Position numbers and translations under genes: made by a program. Below, one piece after another: positions 26,826-37,237 of a DNA stretch of 64,000 bases. Position 1 is the stretch's first letter, and each line of letters opens with the position of its first letter. The DNA is from an uncultured Bacteroidales bacterium. GTDB lineage: Bacteria > Bacteroidota > Bacteroidia > Bacteroidales > GWA2-32-17. The notes under the pieces were generated by a model, which was not told the DNA's origin, did not search any database, and saw only the letters and a program-made list of their open reading frames with translations. The DNA lies in contig CAYSIN010000003.1 in NCBI GenBank assembly GCA_964431135.1, forward strand, positions 3,182 to 67,181, in the 5' to 3' direction.

Positions 26826-27236
26826 TTAAATAAGAGAAACGGTAAGTGTAATGTGAGTATTAAATAATTTTGAAATAGGACAAATTTCTTTTGCTTTTAA
26901 TGCAATTTCTTCAAATTTCTTTTGGTCAATGCCGGTTACTTGTCCTTTCAATTCCAGATGAATATGAGTAATAGTGCCATCCTGTAATGTTACTGCGGCT
27001 TCTGTATCAAGGTTTTTTTGAGTAAATCCTTCGGCATCCAGCAAAAAACTGAGTTGCATGGTGTAACAACCTGCGTGAGCGGCTGCTATCAATTCTTCGG
27101 GGTTTGTTCCTATGCCATTTTCAAAACGTGTTTTATAGGAATATTGTGACTGGTTTAAAACATTACTTTCGGTTGAAAGTGTTCCTTTGCCATCTTTTCC
27201 TGTGCCTTTCCAATTGGCCATTGCTTTTCTTGTCAT
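26826..27236 (-). CDS. OsmC-family peroxiredoxin-like protein
   Basis: 136 aa with pattern ANWKGTGKDGKGT...ELIAAAHAGCYTM...KEICPISK (two conserved Cys). Confidence 0.85.
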   Translation of the reverse strand: MTRKAMANWKGTGKDGKGTLSTESNVLNQSQYSYKTRFENGIGTNPEELIAAAHAGCYTMQLSFLLDAEGFTQKNLDTEAAVTLQDGTITHIHLELKGQVTGIDQKKFEEIALKAKEICPISKLFNTHITLTVSLI

Positions 27237-27421
27237 CGTTACTAAATTTTAAAGATTAAATAATAGATTTTTATGTGTCAAAAATAAGCATATTATTGTT
27301 TTTAAAAAATGATTACAGTAACTTCAGTTATGATTATTTTTTCTTTGGTAACAGATTCAGTTTATTTTTATCTACTCTAAAGTCATCAAAATTAACTTTG
27401 TGAAATGATTATTTGTAAATA

Positions 27422-28207
27422 TTATTGACAGCATGATGGAGACATGTGAAACAGCGAAATCGCATTTTGTGTTGTAACAGCGGCAACTTCTTCTATAGGA
27501 ATATTTTTTATTTCTGCAATTTTACTGGCAATAACAGGAATATATGAACTTTCATTGCGTTTTCCACGATAAGGAACAGGAGGTAAATAAGGTGAATCGG
27601 TTTCCAGCAAAATATGTTCTAATGGAAAATGTTGAACAACGGCTGCCATAGTTGCATTTTTATAAGTAACTACACCACCAATGCCCAGATAAAACCCAGC
27701 GTTTATCAATATTTTTGCTTCGTTTATGTTACCGGGAAAGCAGTGAAAAACACCGCTCAAATGCAAATAGGCATATTCTTTAATTAAGGCGAGTAAATCG
27801 GGAAGTGACTTGCGGGAATGTATGACCAACGGCAGATGGTAGGCTGAGGCGATTATAAATTGTTCTATCAGCACTTTTTTTTGTTCGTTGATATATGTTT
27901 TATCCCAATAATAATCTAAACCGCATTCGCCTATGGCAATGCATGCATGTTTTGTCATTTCGTTTTGAAGTAAAATCAATTCTTGTTCATAGTCGCTATG
28001 CACAGATGTCGGATGAATGCCTAACATAGGAAGACATGTAGAATGATACTGTTCGCATACATTCAGCATTTTTGAACGGCTGTGGCTGTCAATATCGGGA
28101 ACAAGCAATTTATTTACTTGACTGAAAAGACATCGCTCAATAACGGTGTCTCTGTCTTTGTCAAATTCATCCAAGTAAATATGAGTATGGGTATCGATGT
28201 AGTTCAT
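27422..28207 (-). CDS. TatD-family metal-dependent hydrolase
   Basis: 261 aa with YIDTHTHIY at the N-terminus, plus GECGLDY, VIHSR and ETDSPYL. Confidence 0.85.
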   Translation of the reverse strand: MNYIDTHTHIYLDEFDKDRDTVIERCLFSQVNKLLVPDIDSHSRSKMLNVCEQYHSTCLPMLGIHPTSVHSDYEQELILLQNEMTKHACIAIGECGLDYYWDKTYINEQKKVLIEQFIIASAYHLPLVIHSRKSLPDLLALIKEYAYLHLSGVFHCFPGNINEAKILINAGFYLGIGGVVTYKNATMAAVVQHFPLEHILLETDSPYLPPVPYRGKRNESSYIPVIASKIAEIKNIPIEEVAAVTTQNAISLFHMSPSCCQ

Positions 28208-28238
28208 TTCAAAATAGTAAAATTAAAATAATTCTTCA

Positions 28239-29369
28239 TTAAAGTTTAACACAAAGGCTAAATACTTTTCCCGGCAACGATTTGACTATACCTTTAAATT
28301 CCATGTCAAGTAAAATGACCGATACTTTGCTCACCGGCATTTGAGCAGTAATGGCTATCATATCGAGGGTTAAATCTCCCTGGTCTTTGAGAATAGAAGT
28401 AATTATTTTTTCATCCTCATTAAGTTCAAAAACAAGTGGGAGAGATGTGTTTGTAGTATTGTGCGTATAATCCCAACCGAGTACATTACAGATATCATCG
28501 GCATTTTCTACTAAGGATGCTTTGTTCGATTTAATTAAAAAATGTGGACCTTCCGAAAAAGTATCCGTAATTCTTCCGGGAATGGTTAGTACATCACGGT
28601 TATATGAAAAAGCAATATCCGCAGTAATCATGGCACCTCCATCTTTTTTAGATTCAACAACAAGCGTAGCATCAGATAAGCCGGCAATAATACGGTTGCG
28701 TCTTACAAAATTTGGCTTATCGGGAATAGTATTGGAAAGAAAATCGGAAACAAGACCACCACCGTGTTCTATCATTTTTTGTGCATACGGTCTATGTTGA
28801 GGAGGATAAATCATATCGAGCCCATGAGCCAGCACTGCCACCGTTGGAAGTTCATTCTTTAAAGCGGCTTTATGGGATGCAATATCTATTCCAAATGCCA
28901 AGCCGCTTACGATAAGTACATCCAGATTTTTTCTCTTTAAGTTGACAATTACTTCATCACAGAATTTTTTACCGTAAGCCGTTGCGCGTCGTGTGCCTAC
29001 AATGCTTAATACATGCGAAGTATTGAAAGGTGGATTTCCCAAATAAAAAAGTGTTACCGGTGAATCTTCGCAGTGTGCCAGTCGTTGTGGATAATTTTCT
29101 TCAAAATAGGAAACCACATTGATTTTATATTTTTCACAAAATGCTATTTCTTCTTCTACTCTTTTCCAGATATTTTTGTTGTTGATGGATTGGAATAATT
29201 TAGAAGCGATAACTTCACCAATACCGGGAATTTTTTCTACCGTTTCTTTTTTTGAATGAAAAACGTTGTCAAGATTACCACAATAGGCAATTAATTTTTT
29301 TGCGTTTATATCGCCAATTCCGGGTATAAGATTAATCGCAATCTTAGTGGCTAAGGGATGATTTATCAT
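28239..29369 (-). CDS. dprA: DNA-processing protein DprA
   Basis: 376 aa with N-terminal HhH-like IPGIG repeats and a Rossmann-like core (IVGTRRATAYG, SGLAFGID, GGGLVSD, RNRIIAGLS). The C-terminus is winged-helix-like. Confidence 0.9.
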   Translation of the reverse strand: MINHPLATKIAINLIPGIGDINAKKLIAYCGNLDNVFHSKKETVEKIPGIGEVIASKLFQSINNKNIWKRVEEEIAFCEKYKINVVSYFEENYPQRLAHCEDSPVTLFYLGNPPFNTSHVLSIVGTRRATAYGKKFCDEVIVNLKRKNLDVLIVSGLAFGIDIASHKAALKNELPTVAVLAHGLDMIYPPQHRPYAQKMIEHGGGLVSDFLSNTIPDKPNFVRRNRIIAGLSDATLVVESKKDGGAMITADIAFSYNRDVLTIPGRITDTFSEGPHFLIKSNKASLVENADDICNVLGWDYTHNTTNTSLPLVFELNEDEKIITSILKDQGDLTLDMIAITAQMPVSKVSVILLDMEFKGIVKSLPGKVFSLCVKL

Positions 29370-29872
29370 AGTATGGGCTCGTTCATCTTAACTTTGGCAA
29401 ACTGATTAAGAGTTTGGATAAATATTTTTTTTTCGTTTTTATTTAATGCGGTAATGGAAATAGGTTTGTATTTGGCTACATCTTTTTTTATAATCTGATA
29501 TATAATTATTTCTTCGCGAAGGTTGAAAAATGCTTTTTGAATTTCAATTTTATAGAGTGCATTTTTAGGTATTTTCAGCATTTGATGTTTTGGATTAAAA
29601 GAGAGCATGGGATAATATTTTATAAGGATGAAGTTATCTTCTTCTTCTTCATCATCATAAATAATAAAATTGAATTTCTTCTTACTGCGAATAAAAATAT
29701 AAATTAAAAACAAAAGACCAAAAAACACTGGGAAAATCCACGAAGGTATGGGGATTAACTTGTGAAATACATCATATAAAACAGAAATAGATAACAGGCA
29801 AAAAAATATAAAGGCTGTAATTATTAATTGACCTGTTATTCGGTAATAACCATCGTTATTGTCCAGTTTCAT
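29366..29872 (-). CDS. Hypothetical membrane protein (two N-terminal TM helices)
   Basis: 168 aa with a 4-nt overlap with dprA. I recognised no motif. Confidence 0.45.
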   Translation of the reverse strand: MKLDNNDGYYRITGQLIITAFIFFCLLSISVLYDVFHKLIPIPSWIFPVFFGLLFLIYIFIRSKKKFNFIIYDDEEEEDNFILIKYYPMLSFNPKHQMLKIPKNALYKIEIQKAFFNLREEIIIYQIIKKDVAKYKPISITALNKNEKKIFIQTLNQFAKVKMNEPIL

Positions 29873-29908
29873 TATATGGAATGATAAGTAAAAAAATCGG
29901 AACTGTTT

Positions 29909-30985
29909 TTATTGATAAATTTTGGGTATTGTTTCGCCCCGTAAAACCATCAGGGCGTTTTCGGCAAGTGCTTTCATCTCGTCTTCACCGGGATAAATAA
30001 CAACGGGTGCAATAAACGAAACCATCTGTTTAACATAGTCCACAAAATCCTTGTCGTATGCAATGCCGCCTGTCAACAATATGGCATCAACGTTGCCGTG
30101 AAGTACGGCTGACATTTCTGCAATACATTTTCCAACCTGATAAGCCATGGCATCATGCACTTGGGCAGCAAACGTATCACCGTTTTTGATTTTTTGTTCT
30201 ACTTCGTAAGCATCGTTTGTGCCAAGATAGGCTACAAATCCACCTTTCCCTGTAATCATTTTCTTAACTTCGTCCAGTGTGTATTCACCACTGAAACACA
30301 GTTCTGCCAATGCTTTAACGGGTAAAGTGCCAGCGCGTTCAGGTGAAAATGGCCCTTCACCATCTAGTGCGTTGTTTACATCAATTACTTTTCCATGTTT
30401 GTGAGCACCGACCGAAATGCCTCCACCAAGATGAGCAATGACTAAATTCAACTCTTCATAATTTTTTCCGACGGCTTGTGCGTGCATACGTGCAATGGCT
30501 TTTTGATTTAAAGCGTGAAAAATAGAAATGCGTTCAAATTTGGGGTGCCCGGAAAATCGTGCAATATCTTCCAATTCGTCCACTACAACGGGATCGGCAA
30601 TAAATGCTTTGGCGTTTGGAATAAGGCGTACAATATCATCAGCAAGAATGCCTCCCAAGTTGCTGGCATGTTGACCCAGTCGTCCAATTTTTAAATCTTC
30701 AAGCATATCCTTATTTACTTCATACACACCCGAAGGTATAGGTTTAATTAAACCGCCTCTTCCAATAACAGCATGCATGGATGAAATATTAATATTGGCT
30801 TCACGAAGTTCCTTTAAAATAATTTCCTTACGAAAAGGATATTGGTCAATCAATTTTGGATACGGTGCCAATTCTTCAGCCTTATGTTTAATATTTTTGG
30901 AATAAATAGCCTTATCGTTTTCAAAGACAGCAATTTTGGTTGAAGTGGATCCCGGATTAATCACTAATATTTTATATGTATTCAT
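29909..30985 (-). CDS. buk: Butyrate kinase
   Basis: 358 aa with ILVINPGSTSTKIAVFEN at the N-terminus, HASNLGG, and the general ASKHA-fold pattern of Buk. Confidence 0.9.
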   Translation of the reverse strand: MNTYKILVINPGSTSTKIAVFENDKAIYSKNIKHKAEELAPYPKLIDQYPFRKEIILKELREANINISSMHAVIGRGGLIKPIPSGVYEVNKDMLEDLKIGRLGQHASNLGGILADDIVRLIPNAKAFIADPVVVDELEDIARFSGHPKFERISIFHALNQKAIARMHAQAVGKNYEELNLVIAHLGGGISVGAHKHGKVIDVNNALDGEGPFSPERAGTLPVKALAELCFSGEYTLDEVKKMITGKGGFVAYLGTNDAYEVEQKIKNGDTFAAQVHDAMAYQVGKCIAEMSAVLHGNVDAILLTGGIAYDKDFVDYVKQMVSFIAPVVIYPGEDEMKALAENALMVLRGETIPKIYQ

Positions 30986-31030
30986 AAGTTATTCGTTTAA
31001 TAGTTCATAAAGGATAAAAATTATGGTTAA

Positions 31031-31930
31031 TTATTTCATAGCAGCAGCCAAAGCAATAGACATCATTTTACTCTTATCGCTGTCGGCACGTGATGTAAGT
31101 ATTACAGGAACTTGTGCACCCAATACCATAGCAGCCAAATACGAATTTCCAAGGAATACCATGGACTTATAAAAGATATTTGCAGAAACAATATCGGGGC
31201 AAACAATTAAGTCAACGTCTCCAGCCACATCGCTCACAATGCCTTTGTGTTTGGCTGCTTCCTTTGATACAGCATTATCAAGAGCGAGTGGTCCATCAAT
31301 CATGCAACCTTTAATTTGATTGCGTTTGTTCATCATGGTAAGCATGGCAGCATGTACCGAAGATTCCATTTTTGGATTAACGGTTTCTATTGCCGAAACA
31401 ATAGCAACCTTTGGGCATTCAACGCCCAGTTTATGGAATACATTGACACTGTTTTCTATAATAGTAATTTTTTCTTCAAATGTAGGACTTATATTAACCG
31501 CTACGTCCGATAGAGCCAATAACTTATGATAAAAGGGATTTTCAACAAAAGTTATATGACTGATGAGTGAACTTTTACGAAGTCCACTTTCCTTATTTAC
31601 AATGGGTTTAAGAAATAAATCGGAAGAAAGAAATCCTTTCATCAGTATTTCGCCTTTGCCCTGATGTATAAGTTGCACAGCCTTTTTGGCTGCTTCAGCA
31701 GGATTAGATTCTTGCACTATTTCAACATCATTGAAACGAATTTTTAATGATGTACAAATTTTTTGAATGGCATCTCTATCACCCACCAGTACTGGTTCAA
31801 TAATATCTTCTCTGTATGCCTTATAAACGGCTTCTAGGACAGTATCGTCGGCGGCTGCAACCACTACCAATCTTTTTTTCTTTCCACTTTTTGCAAGGGC
31901 AACAAATTCATCTAATTTTTTAAATTCCAT
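31031..31930 (-). CDS. ptb: Phosphate butyryltransferase
   Basis: 299 aa, short-type phosphotransacylase, immediately upstream of buk. Confidence 0.85.
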   Translation of the reverse strand: MEFKKLDEFVALAKSGKKKRLVVVAAADDTVLEAVYKAYREDIIEPVLVGDRDAIQKICTSLKIRFNDVEIVQESNPAEAAKKAVQLIHQGKGEILMKGFLSSDLFLKPIVNKESGLRKSSLISHITFVENPFYHKLLALSDVAVNISPTFEEKITIIENSVNVFHKLGVECPKVAIVSAIETVNPKMESSVHAAMLTMMNKRNQIKGCMIDGPLALDNAVSKEAAKHKGIVSDVAGDVDLIVCPDIVSANIFYKSMVFLGNSYLAAMVLGAQVPVILTSRADSDKSKMMSIALAAAMK

Positions 31931-31937
31931 ATATTTT

Positions 31938-33152
31938 TTAGTTTACATTATTTTTTGAAAATACAATATTAACGGTATCTGTGGCTATAACTAACTCTTC
32001 GTTGGTAGTAACAGCCATTACTTTAACTTTGGAATGGTCGGCACTGATTATGGCATCTTCCCCACTTACTTTATTTTTATTTTTGTCAAACTGAACGCCC
32101 ATATATTCCAATCCTTCGCAAGACCATTCGCGAATGAGCATATCATTTTCGCCAATGCCACCGGTAAAAATAATTAAATCTACTCCGCCAAGTGCAGCGG
32201 CATAAGCACCCATATATTTTTTTACACGATAGGCATACATGCGTAATGCCAGTTCAGCACGTTTGTTCCCTTTTTCCATGGCGGCATGCAAATCGCGCAT
32301 ATCCATAGAAATTCCACTAATGCCATAAACACCGCTTTGCTTGTTTATAAGATTGTTCATTTTTTGACAGTCAAGGTTTTCTTTTTCCATCAGGAAAAGT
32401 AAAATACCAGCATCAATATCGCCTACGCGGGTACCCATCATTAATCCTTCAACAGGGGTAAATCCCATAGAACTGTCTATGGATTTTCCATTTTTGATGG
32501 CTGCTACCGATGCACCATTACCAAGATGACAGGTAATAATGCGAATGCTGTTATAATCAAGTCCTAATTGATGGCATGCTTTCTGTGCAACAAATTTATG
32601 GCTTGTACCATGAAAACCATAGCGGCGAATCTTATATTTTTCATAATATTCATAAGGAATAGGATACATATATGATTCTGCGGGCATGGTTTGATGAAAC
32701 GAAGTATCAAATACAGCAACCATGGGAACGCCAGGAAGCAACTTTTCCATTGCTAATATGCCTTTTAGGTTGTGAGGATTATGAAGCGGAGCCAATTCAA
32801 TGCAGGCTTCAATGTCTTTTTTTGTTTTTTCGGTGATGAGTGCACTTTTTGTAAAATTTTCTCCGCCGTGTGCTACGCGATGCCCCACGGCTGCAATTTC
32901 TGATAGACTTGAGATAACGCCATATTCTTTATCAACCAGTGTTTTCAAAATCCACTCAATGCCTTCGGTATGATTTGGAATATCACGAACCCATTTTACT
33001 TTTTCCTTATTTTTTGCCTGATGACCCAATTCACTGTCTTTCAAACCAATTCTTTCTAAAAGCCCTTTGGCTAACAAATCAGGTTCATTCGACATATCAA
33101 GCAATTGATACTTGATAGACGAACTTCCGCAATTTAAAACTAATACTTTCAT
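31938..33152 (-). CDS. ackA: Acetate kinase
   Basis: 404 aa with motifs VLVLNCGSSSIKYQL, HRVAHGG, RYGFHGTSH and FTGGIGEN. Confidence 0.95.
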   Translation of the reverse strand: MKVLVLNCGSSSIKYQLLDMSNEPDLLAKGLLERIGLKDSELGHQAKNKEKVKWVRDIPNHTEGIEWILKTLVDKEYGVISSLSEIAAVGHRVAHGGENFTKSALITEKTKKDIEACIELAPLHNPHNLKGILAMEKLLPGVPMVAVFDTSFHQTMPAESYMYPIPYEYYEKYKIRRYGFHGTSHKFVAQKACHQLGLDYNSIRIITCHLGNGASVAAIKNGKSIDSSMGFTPVEGLMMGTRVGDIDAGILLFLMEKENLDCQKMNNLINKQSGVYGISGISMDMRDLHAAMEKGNKRAELALRMYAYRVKKYMGAYAAALGGVDLIIFTGGIGENDMLIREWSCEGLEYMGVQFDKNKNKVSGEDAIISADHSKVKVMAVTTNEELVIATDTVNIVFSKNNVN

Positions 33153-33156
33153 ACAT

Positions 33157-34158
33157 TTATTTATTTATACATTGATTAACTGTTATAGCCACTAAATGAA
33201 CAATATCGTTGACAGAGCAACCTCTGGACAAATCATTAATAGGAGCACCCAAACCTTGCAATACAGGTCCTACGGCTTGTGCGTTGCCAAGACGTTCTAC
33301 CAATTTGTATCCAATATTACCACTTTGCAAATCGGGAAATACCAATACATTGGCATGACCTGCTACTTTGGAGCCGGGTGATTTCTTTTGACCAATGCTT
33401 TCAATTAAAGCAGCATCGGCTTGCAATTCACCATCGATGTTTAAATCGGGACGCATTTGTTTGGCAATATTTACGGCTTCTATTACCTTGTCGGCAAGTT
33501 CATGCTTTGCCGAACCTTTGGTAGAAAATGATAACAATGCAACATTCGGTTCGCTTATGCCTAAAATAGATTTGGCTGTTTGTGCACTCGAAACTGCAAT
33601 TTCTGCTAATTGTTTGGCAGTAGGATTGGGTGTAATGGCTACATCGGCAAATACAAAAATACCGTTATATCCTAAATTTGTGGTATGAGTAATGACTATC
33701 ATGCCTCCTGAAACTACCGAAATGCCCGGTGCCGTTTTTACAATTTGCAAGGCGGGACGTACTGTATCGGCAGTTGTATGTTCTGCTCCACTTACTTCAC
33801 CGTCGGCATCGCCTTTGTAAATCATCATTGGACCATAATATATGGGGTCTGATATAGCATTTTTTGCTTCTTCATAAGTAATGCCTTTTTCTTTTCGCAG
33901 TTCCATGAACGTTTTTACATATTCTTCAAATTTTGGACTGGTGGGAGGATTAATTATTTCCGCTTTATCAATAGACAAATTCCATTGTTTGGATAAATGA
34001 TTTATTTCTTCTCGATTTCCCAACAAAGTAAGAGAAGCGATATTTCCCTTTAAAATTATATCGGCAGCCTTTAACGTACGTTCACTGTTACCTTCGGGTA
34101 AAACGATGCGAATTTTTTTCTGTTTCGCCTTTGCAATAATATTTTCAAGCAGATTCAT
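33157..34158 (-). CDS. pta: Phosphate acetyltransferase (short form)
   Basis: 333 aa with the PTA_PTB pattern. It lies 4 nt upstream of ackA. Confidence 0.9.
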   Translation of the reverse strand: MNLLENIIAKAKQKKIRIVLPEGNSERTLKAADIILKGNIASLTLLGNREEINHLSKQWNLSIDKAEIINPPTSPKFEEYVKTFMELRKEKGITYEEAKNAISDPIYYGPMMIYKGDADGEVSGAEHTTADTVRPALQIVKTAPGISVVSGGMIVITHTTNLGYNGIFVFADVAITPNPTAKQLAEIAVSSAQTAKSILGISEPNVALLSFSTKGSAKHELADKVIEAVNIAKQMRPDLNIDGELQADAALIESIGQKKSPGSKVAGHANVLVFPDLQSGNIGYKLVERLGNAQAVGPVLQGLGAPINDLSRGCSVNDIVHLVAITVNQCINK

Positions 34159-34281
34159 ATAAAAAAATATTAGTTAATAATGACAAATTTTATTTGGTTT
34201 CAAATGTATTAAATAGTTTTTAAACTTTTTCAATTTTTTTTCATTTATTTAGAAAAAAAATTGACAATGTTATACCATCAG

Positions 34282-34295
34282 TTTTTAAGGGACGA
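34282..34295 (+). repeat. Intergenic module R7 (TTTTTAAGGGACGA)
   Basis: Identical to 3629-3642. It is preceded by TATACCATCA, which resembles the TATACCA head of module R1. Confidence 0.6.
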
Positions 34296-34416
34296 ATAAA
34301 TATGATTCGAATAAAATATAACAGAGTTAAATATAAACGTTATTTTACACAGTCGTTTTTTTGCTTGACAGAAGAAGTAGATTTTTGACTTTATAGGATT
34401 AAAAATTGTTGTGGCA

Positions 34417-35751
34417 TTAAAAGGAATGTTGCTGATGGAAAATCTTTAATCGTTCTTCAAGTATAGGAAACTGGTCGCTGGAAATTTGTGATACGCATGC
34501 ACGCAATCCATTTTTACTGTCGCTGCCGGTAATTGAAAGGGAGATTGCACAAATGCCGTAGTATAAAAATTCTTCCAGCAATTGTTCAGAGGTCATATTG
34601 GGATATGCAACGGTGAAATAAAATCCGTCGGCAATAGGTTCATCTATGTCTTTATCATATACAATATAAAAACCATTGTCGGTAAAAAGTTTTTTCATTA
34701 CACGAGCACGCTCTCCGTATTCTTTTACATAGTCAACAAAATTAAATTTACCGTCGTTGGCAGCTTTTAACATGGCAGCAAAGGCATATTGAACGGAATG
34801 GGTAACACCCGAAGATAAGGAATAAATTACCTGATAAATCATAGCATAGCCAAAATTTTCGGTTTTAAATATGGGTTTTAAATCGGGAAAATTGCGGTTA
34901 AAAAGTTTTTCTGAAACAGCCATCATACCTATGCGTTGACCTGCATAACTGAATGCTTTGGAGCCTGAAACAAGGAGTATATAATTGTCGGTATAATTGG
35001 CTACACTTGGCTGATAGGGAGGTTGTCCAGGCTTGGACATATCCTTGCGAAAATCCATAGCAAAATAAGCCAAGTCTTCAATCACAATAACATCATATTT
35101 ATTTGCCAGTTCGGCAATAATTTTCAATTCTTCATCATTAAAGCATATCCAAGCAGGATTGTTTGGGTTTGAGTATATCATGCACGAGATATTACCTTTT
35201 GATAAATAACTTTCAAGTTTGTTGCGTAGTTTTTCACCACGGTATTGATATACGTCAAAGGTTTCAAAGGGAATTTGCAATACCTGATGTTGTTGTTTTT
35301 GTACGGGAAACCCGGGGTCAATAAAGAGGGTTGTATTTTTTCCTTTTTGTGCTTTGCTCATCATCAAAAAAGCAGCAAAGGCACCTTGCATGCTTCCTAC
35401 CGTTGGGATGCATGTTTCAGGATTTAAGTTTATGTTCATAAACAGTTTGATAAATCGGGCAAATTCATTTTTCAATTCAGGCAATCCTTCAATCATGGGA
35501 TATACAGATGCTACACCCTTTTTCAATGCCTGTATTTCGGCATCGATGCCGATATCTGACGGTTTTAACCCTGGTACACCCATTTCCATACGAATGAATT
35601 TTGTACCGCTGGCTTGTTCAATATAATTACACAAGCGAACTAATTCGCGTATGCTTGCTTTGCCGACTTCTTTTATACCGGTCTTTTTAATTTGTTCTTG
35701 TACAATAGTATAATCTATTGGAGTTGTTTTTGTTGATTTTATAGTATTCAT
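34417..35751 (-). CDS. Class I/II PLP-dependent aminotransferase
   Basis: 444 aa with the candidate PLP-lysine motif SGSKAFSYAGQRIG and YSNPNNP. Substrate is not assignable. Confidence 0.8.
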   Translation of the reverse strand: MNTIKSTKTTPIDYTIVQEQIKKTGIKEVGKASIRELVRLCNYIEQASGTKFIRMEMGVPGLKPSDIGIDAEIQALKKGVASVYPMIEGLPELKNEFARFIKLFMNINLNPETCIPTVGSMQGAFAAFLMMSKAQKGKNTTLFIDPGFPVQKQQHQVLQIPFETFDVYQYRGEKLRNKLESYLSKGNISCMIYSNPNNPAWICFNDEELKIIAELANKYDVIVIEDLAYFAMDFRKDMSKPGQPPYQPSVANYTDNYILLVSGSKAFSYAGQRIGMMAVSEKLFNRNFPDLKPIFKTENFGYAMIYQVIYSLSSGVTHSVQYAFAAMLKAANDGKFNFVDYVKEYGERARVMKKLFTDNGFYIVYDKDIDEPIADGFYFTVAYPNMTSEQLLEEFLYYGICAISLSITGSDSKNGLRACVSQISSDQFPILEERLKIFHQQHSF

Positions 35752-35838
35752 AACAAATCTGTTTTTATGGTTTCACAAAAATACACTTTTAATTGAAAAA
35801 AAAATTATTTCTTCAACCATGTTTGATTTTTTTCAGCA

Positions 35839-36570
35839 TTATTCCAAATGCCATATTTTCCATGCTTCTTGTGCTTGATAGGTAAGCATATTTGTTCCAT
35901 TAAGGACAGGGCAATTATATTTTTTTGCTTCATTCAATAATTTTGTTTCTGCCGGATTATAAATAATATCGATAATGGTTGGTGTATGAATAAATAATTT
36001 TTCGGGTACGTTGGGCATGTCATTTATATTTGGATACATGCCTACGGGAGTGGTATTTATGATAAGTGAAACAGGTTGACTTAGTTTTTTCAATGCTGTG
36101 TATGAAATGATGTTATTGCTTGATTTGCTGCGACTAACCTGTAAAAACGGAATATGGTACTGTTTAAGTATGTAAGATACAGCCCTTGATGCACCACCTG
36201 TTCCTAAAATCAATGCGAGTGAATGTTTTTTGTTTAAAATAGAAGAATATGCTTTTTCGAAGCCAGTAGCATCGGTATTAAAGCCTATCAATGTATAAGG
36301 ATGAATATCTCGTTTAACAGAAACTGTATTTACAGCACCAATTTGGCTGGCTATTGTATCTATTTGCTGTATGTAAGGAATAATGGATTTTTTATACGGA
36401 ATAGTAACATTAAAGCCTAGCAAATCGGTATATGTCTGGAGTAACTCGTTTATTTTTTCTATTGATTCAAGTTCAAACAACTGATATGTGTATTTGTCTC
36501 CAAAGTGATTTTTGAACAATTGAGATGATTGTGAATGCATCAAATTTTTCCCTATAAGCCCGTAACGCAT
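35839..36570 (-). CDS. aroE: Shikimate dehydrogenase
   Basis: 243 aa with YGLIGKNLMHSQS at the N-terminus, NVTIPYK, NTD and GTGGASRAV (NADP site). Confidence 0.85.
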   Translation of the reverse strand: MRYGLIGKNLMHSQSSQLFKNHFGDKYTYQLFELESIEKINELLQTYTDLLGFNVTIPYKKSIIPYIQQIDTIASQIGAVNTVSVKRDIHPYTLIGFNTDATGFEKAYSSILNKKHSLALILGTGGASRAVSYILKQYHIPFLQVSRSKSSNNIISYTALKKLSQPVSLIINTTPVGMYPNINDMPNVPEKLFIHTPTIIDIIYNPAETKLLNEAKKYNCPVLNGTNMLTYQAQEAWKIWHLE

Positions 36571-36595
36571 AAATTTGTATTTTTGTCAAAAAATA

Positions 36596-37237
36596 ATGAA
36601 ACAAAATAAGCAACAATTATACGAAAAAGTATTCAATGCGTTTAAAAAAAATAATCCATTGCCCCAAACGGAATTGCTGTATAAAGACCCTTTTCAACTT
36701 TTGGTTGCCGTAGTATTATCGGCTCAATGTACCGATGTTCGTGTCAATACCATCACTCCTAAATTATTTAGCGTATTTCCCAGTGCTAAAAAAATGGCAG
36801 AATCGATGCCTGAAAAAATTTATCCGTATATAAAATCATGCTCGTATCCTAATGCCAAAGCACGTTATTTAAACGAAATGTCGAAAATGCTGATTGAAAA
36901 GTTTGATGGAGAAGTTCCAAATGAATTGGAAAAACTGATGTCTCTTCCGGGTGTTGGACGTAAAACAGCCAATGTATTATTGTCGGTTTTATTTCATAAA
37001 CCAGCCATGGCTGTTGATACACATGTTTTCAGAGTTGCTCAACGTATAGGGCTGACGGAAAATGCCAAATCTCCGTTGGAAGCGGAAAGGCAATTGATAA
37101 AGTACATTTCTGCCAAAGATATTCCCGATGCACATCATTGGCTTATTTTACATGGACGTTATATTTGTAAAGCCAGAAAACCCTTATGCAGTCAATGTTT
37201 TATAACTGAATATTGTAGTTTTTTTCAAACAATGTAG
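36596..37237 (+). CDS. nth: Endonuclease III
   Basis: 213 aa from the ATG (MKQNKQQ...). The track start at 36575 is TTG. Motifs are LVAVVLSAQCTD, the HhH LPGVGRKTANVLL, and the C-terminal 4Fe-4S loop CKARKPLCSQCFITEYC. Confidence 0.9.
   Translation: MKQNKQQLYEKVFNAFKKNNPLPQTELLYKDPFQLLVAVVLSAQCTDVRVNTITPKLFSVFPSAKKMAESMPEKIYPYIKSCSYPNAKARYLNEMSKMLIEKFDGEVPNELEKLMSLPGVGRKTANVLLSVLFHKPAMAVDTHVFRVAQRIGLTENAKSPLEAERQLIKYISAKDIPDAHHWLILHGRYICKARKPLCSQCFITEYCSFFQTM

Noticed and set aside
34184-34192. Candidate -7 promoter box TAAAATTTG upstream of pta
   Set aside because: It has three rather than two bases between TA and TTTG, so it does not fit TAnnTTTG. It is too weak to list as a feature.
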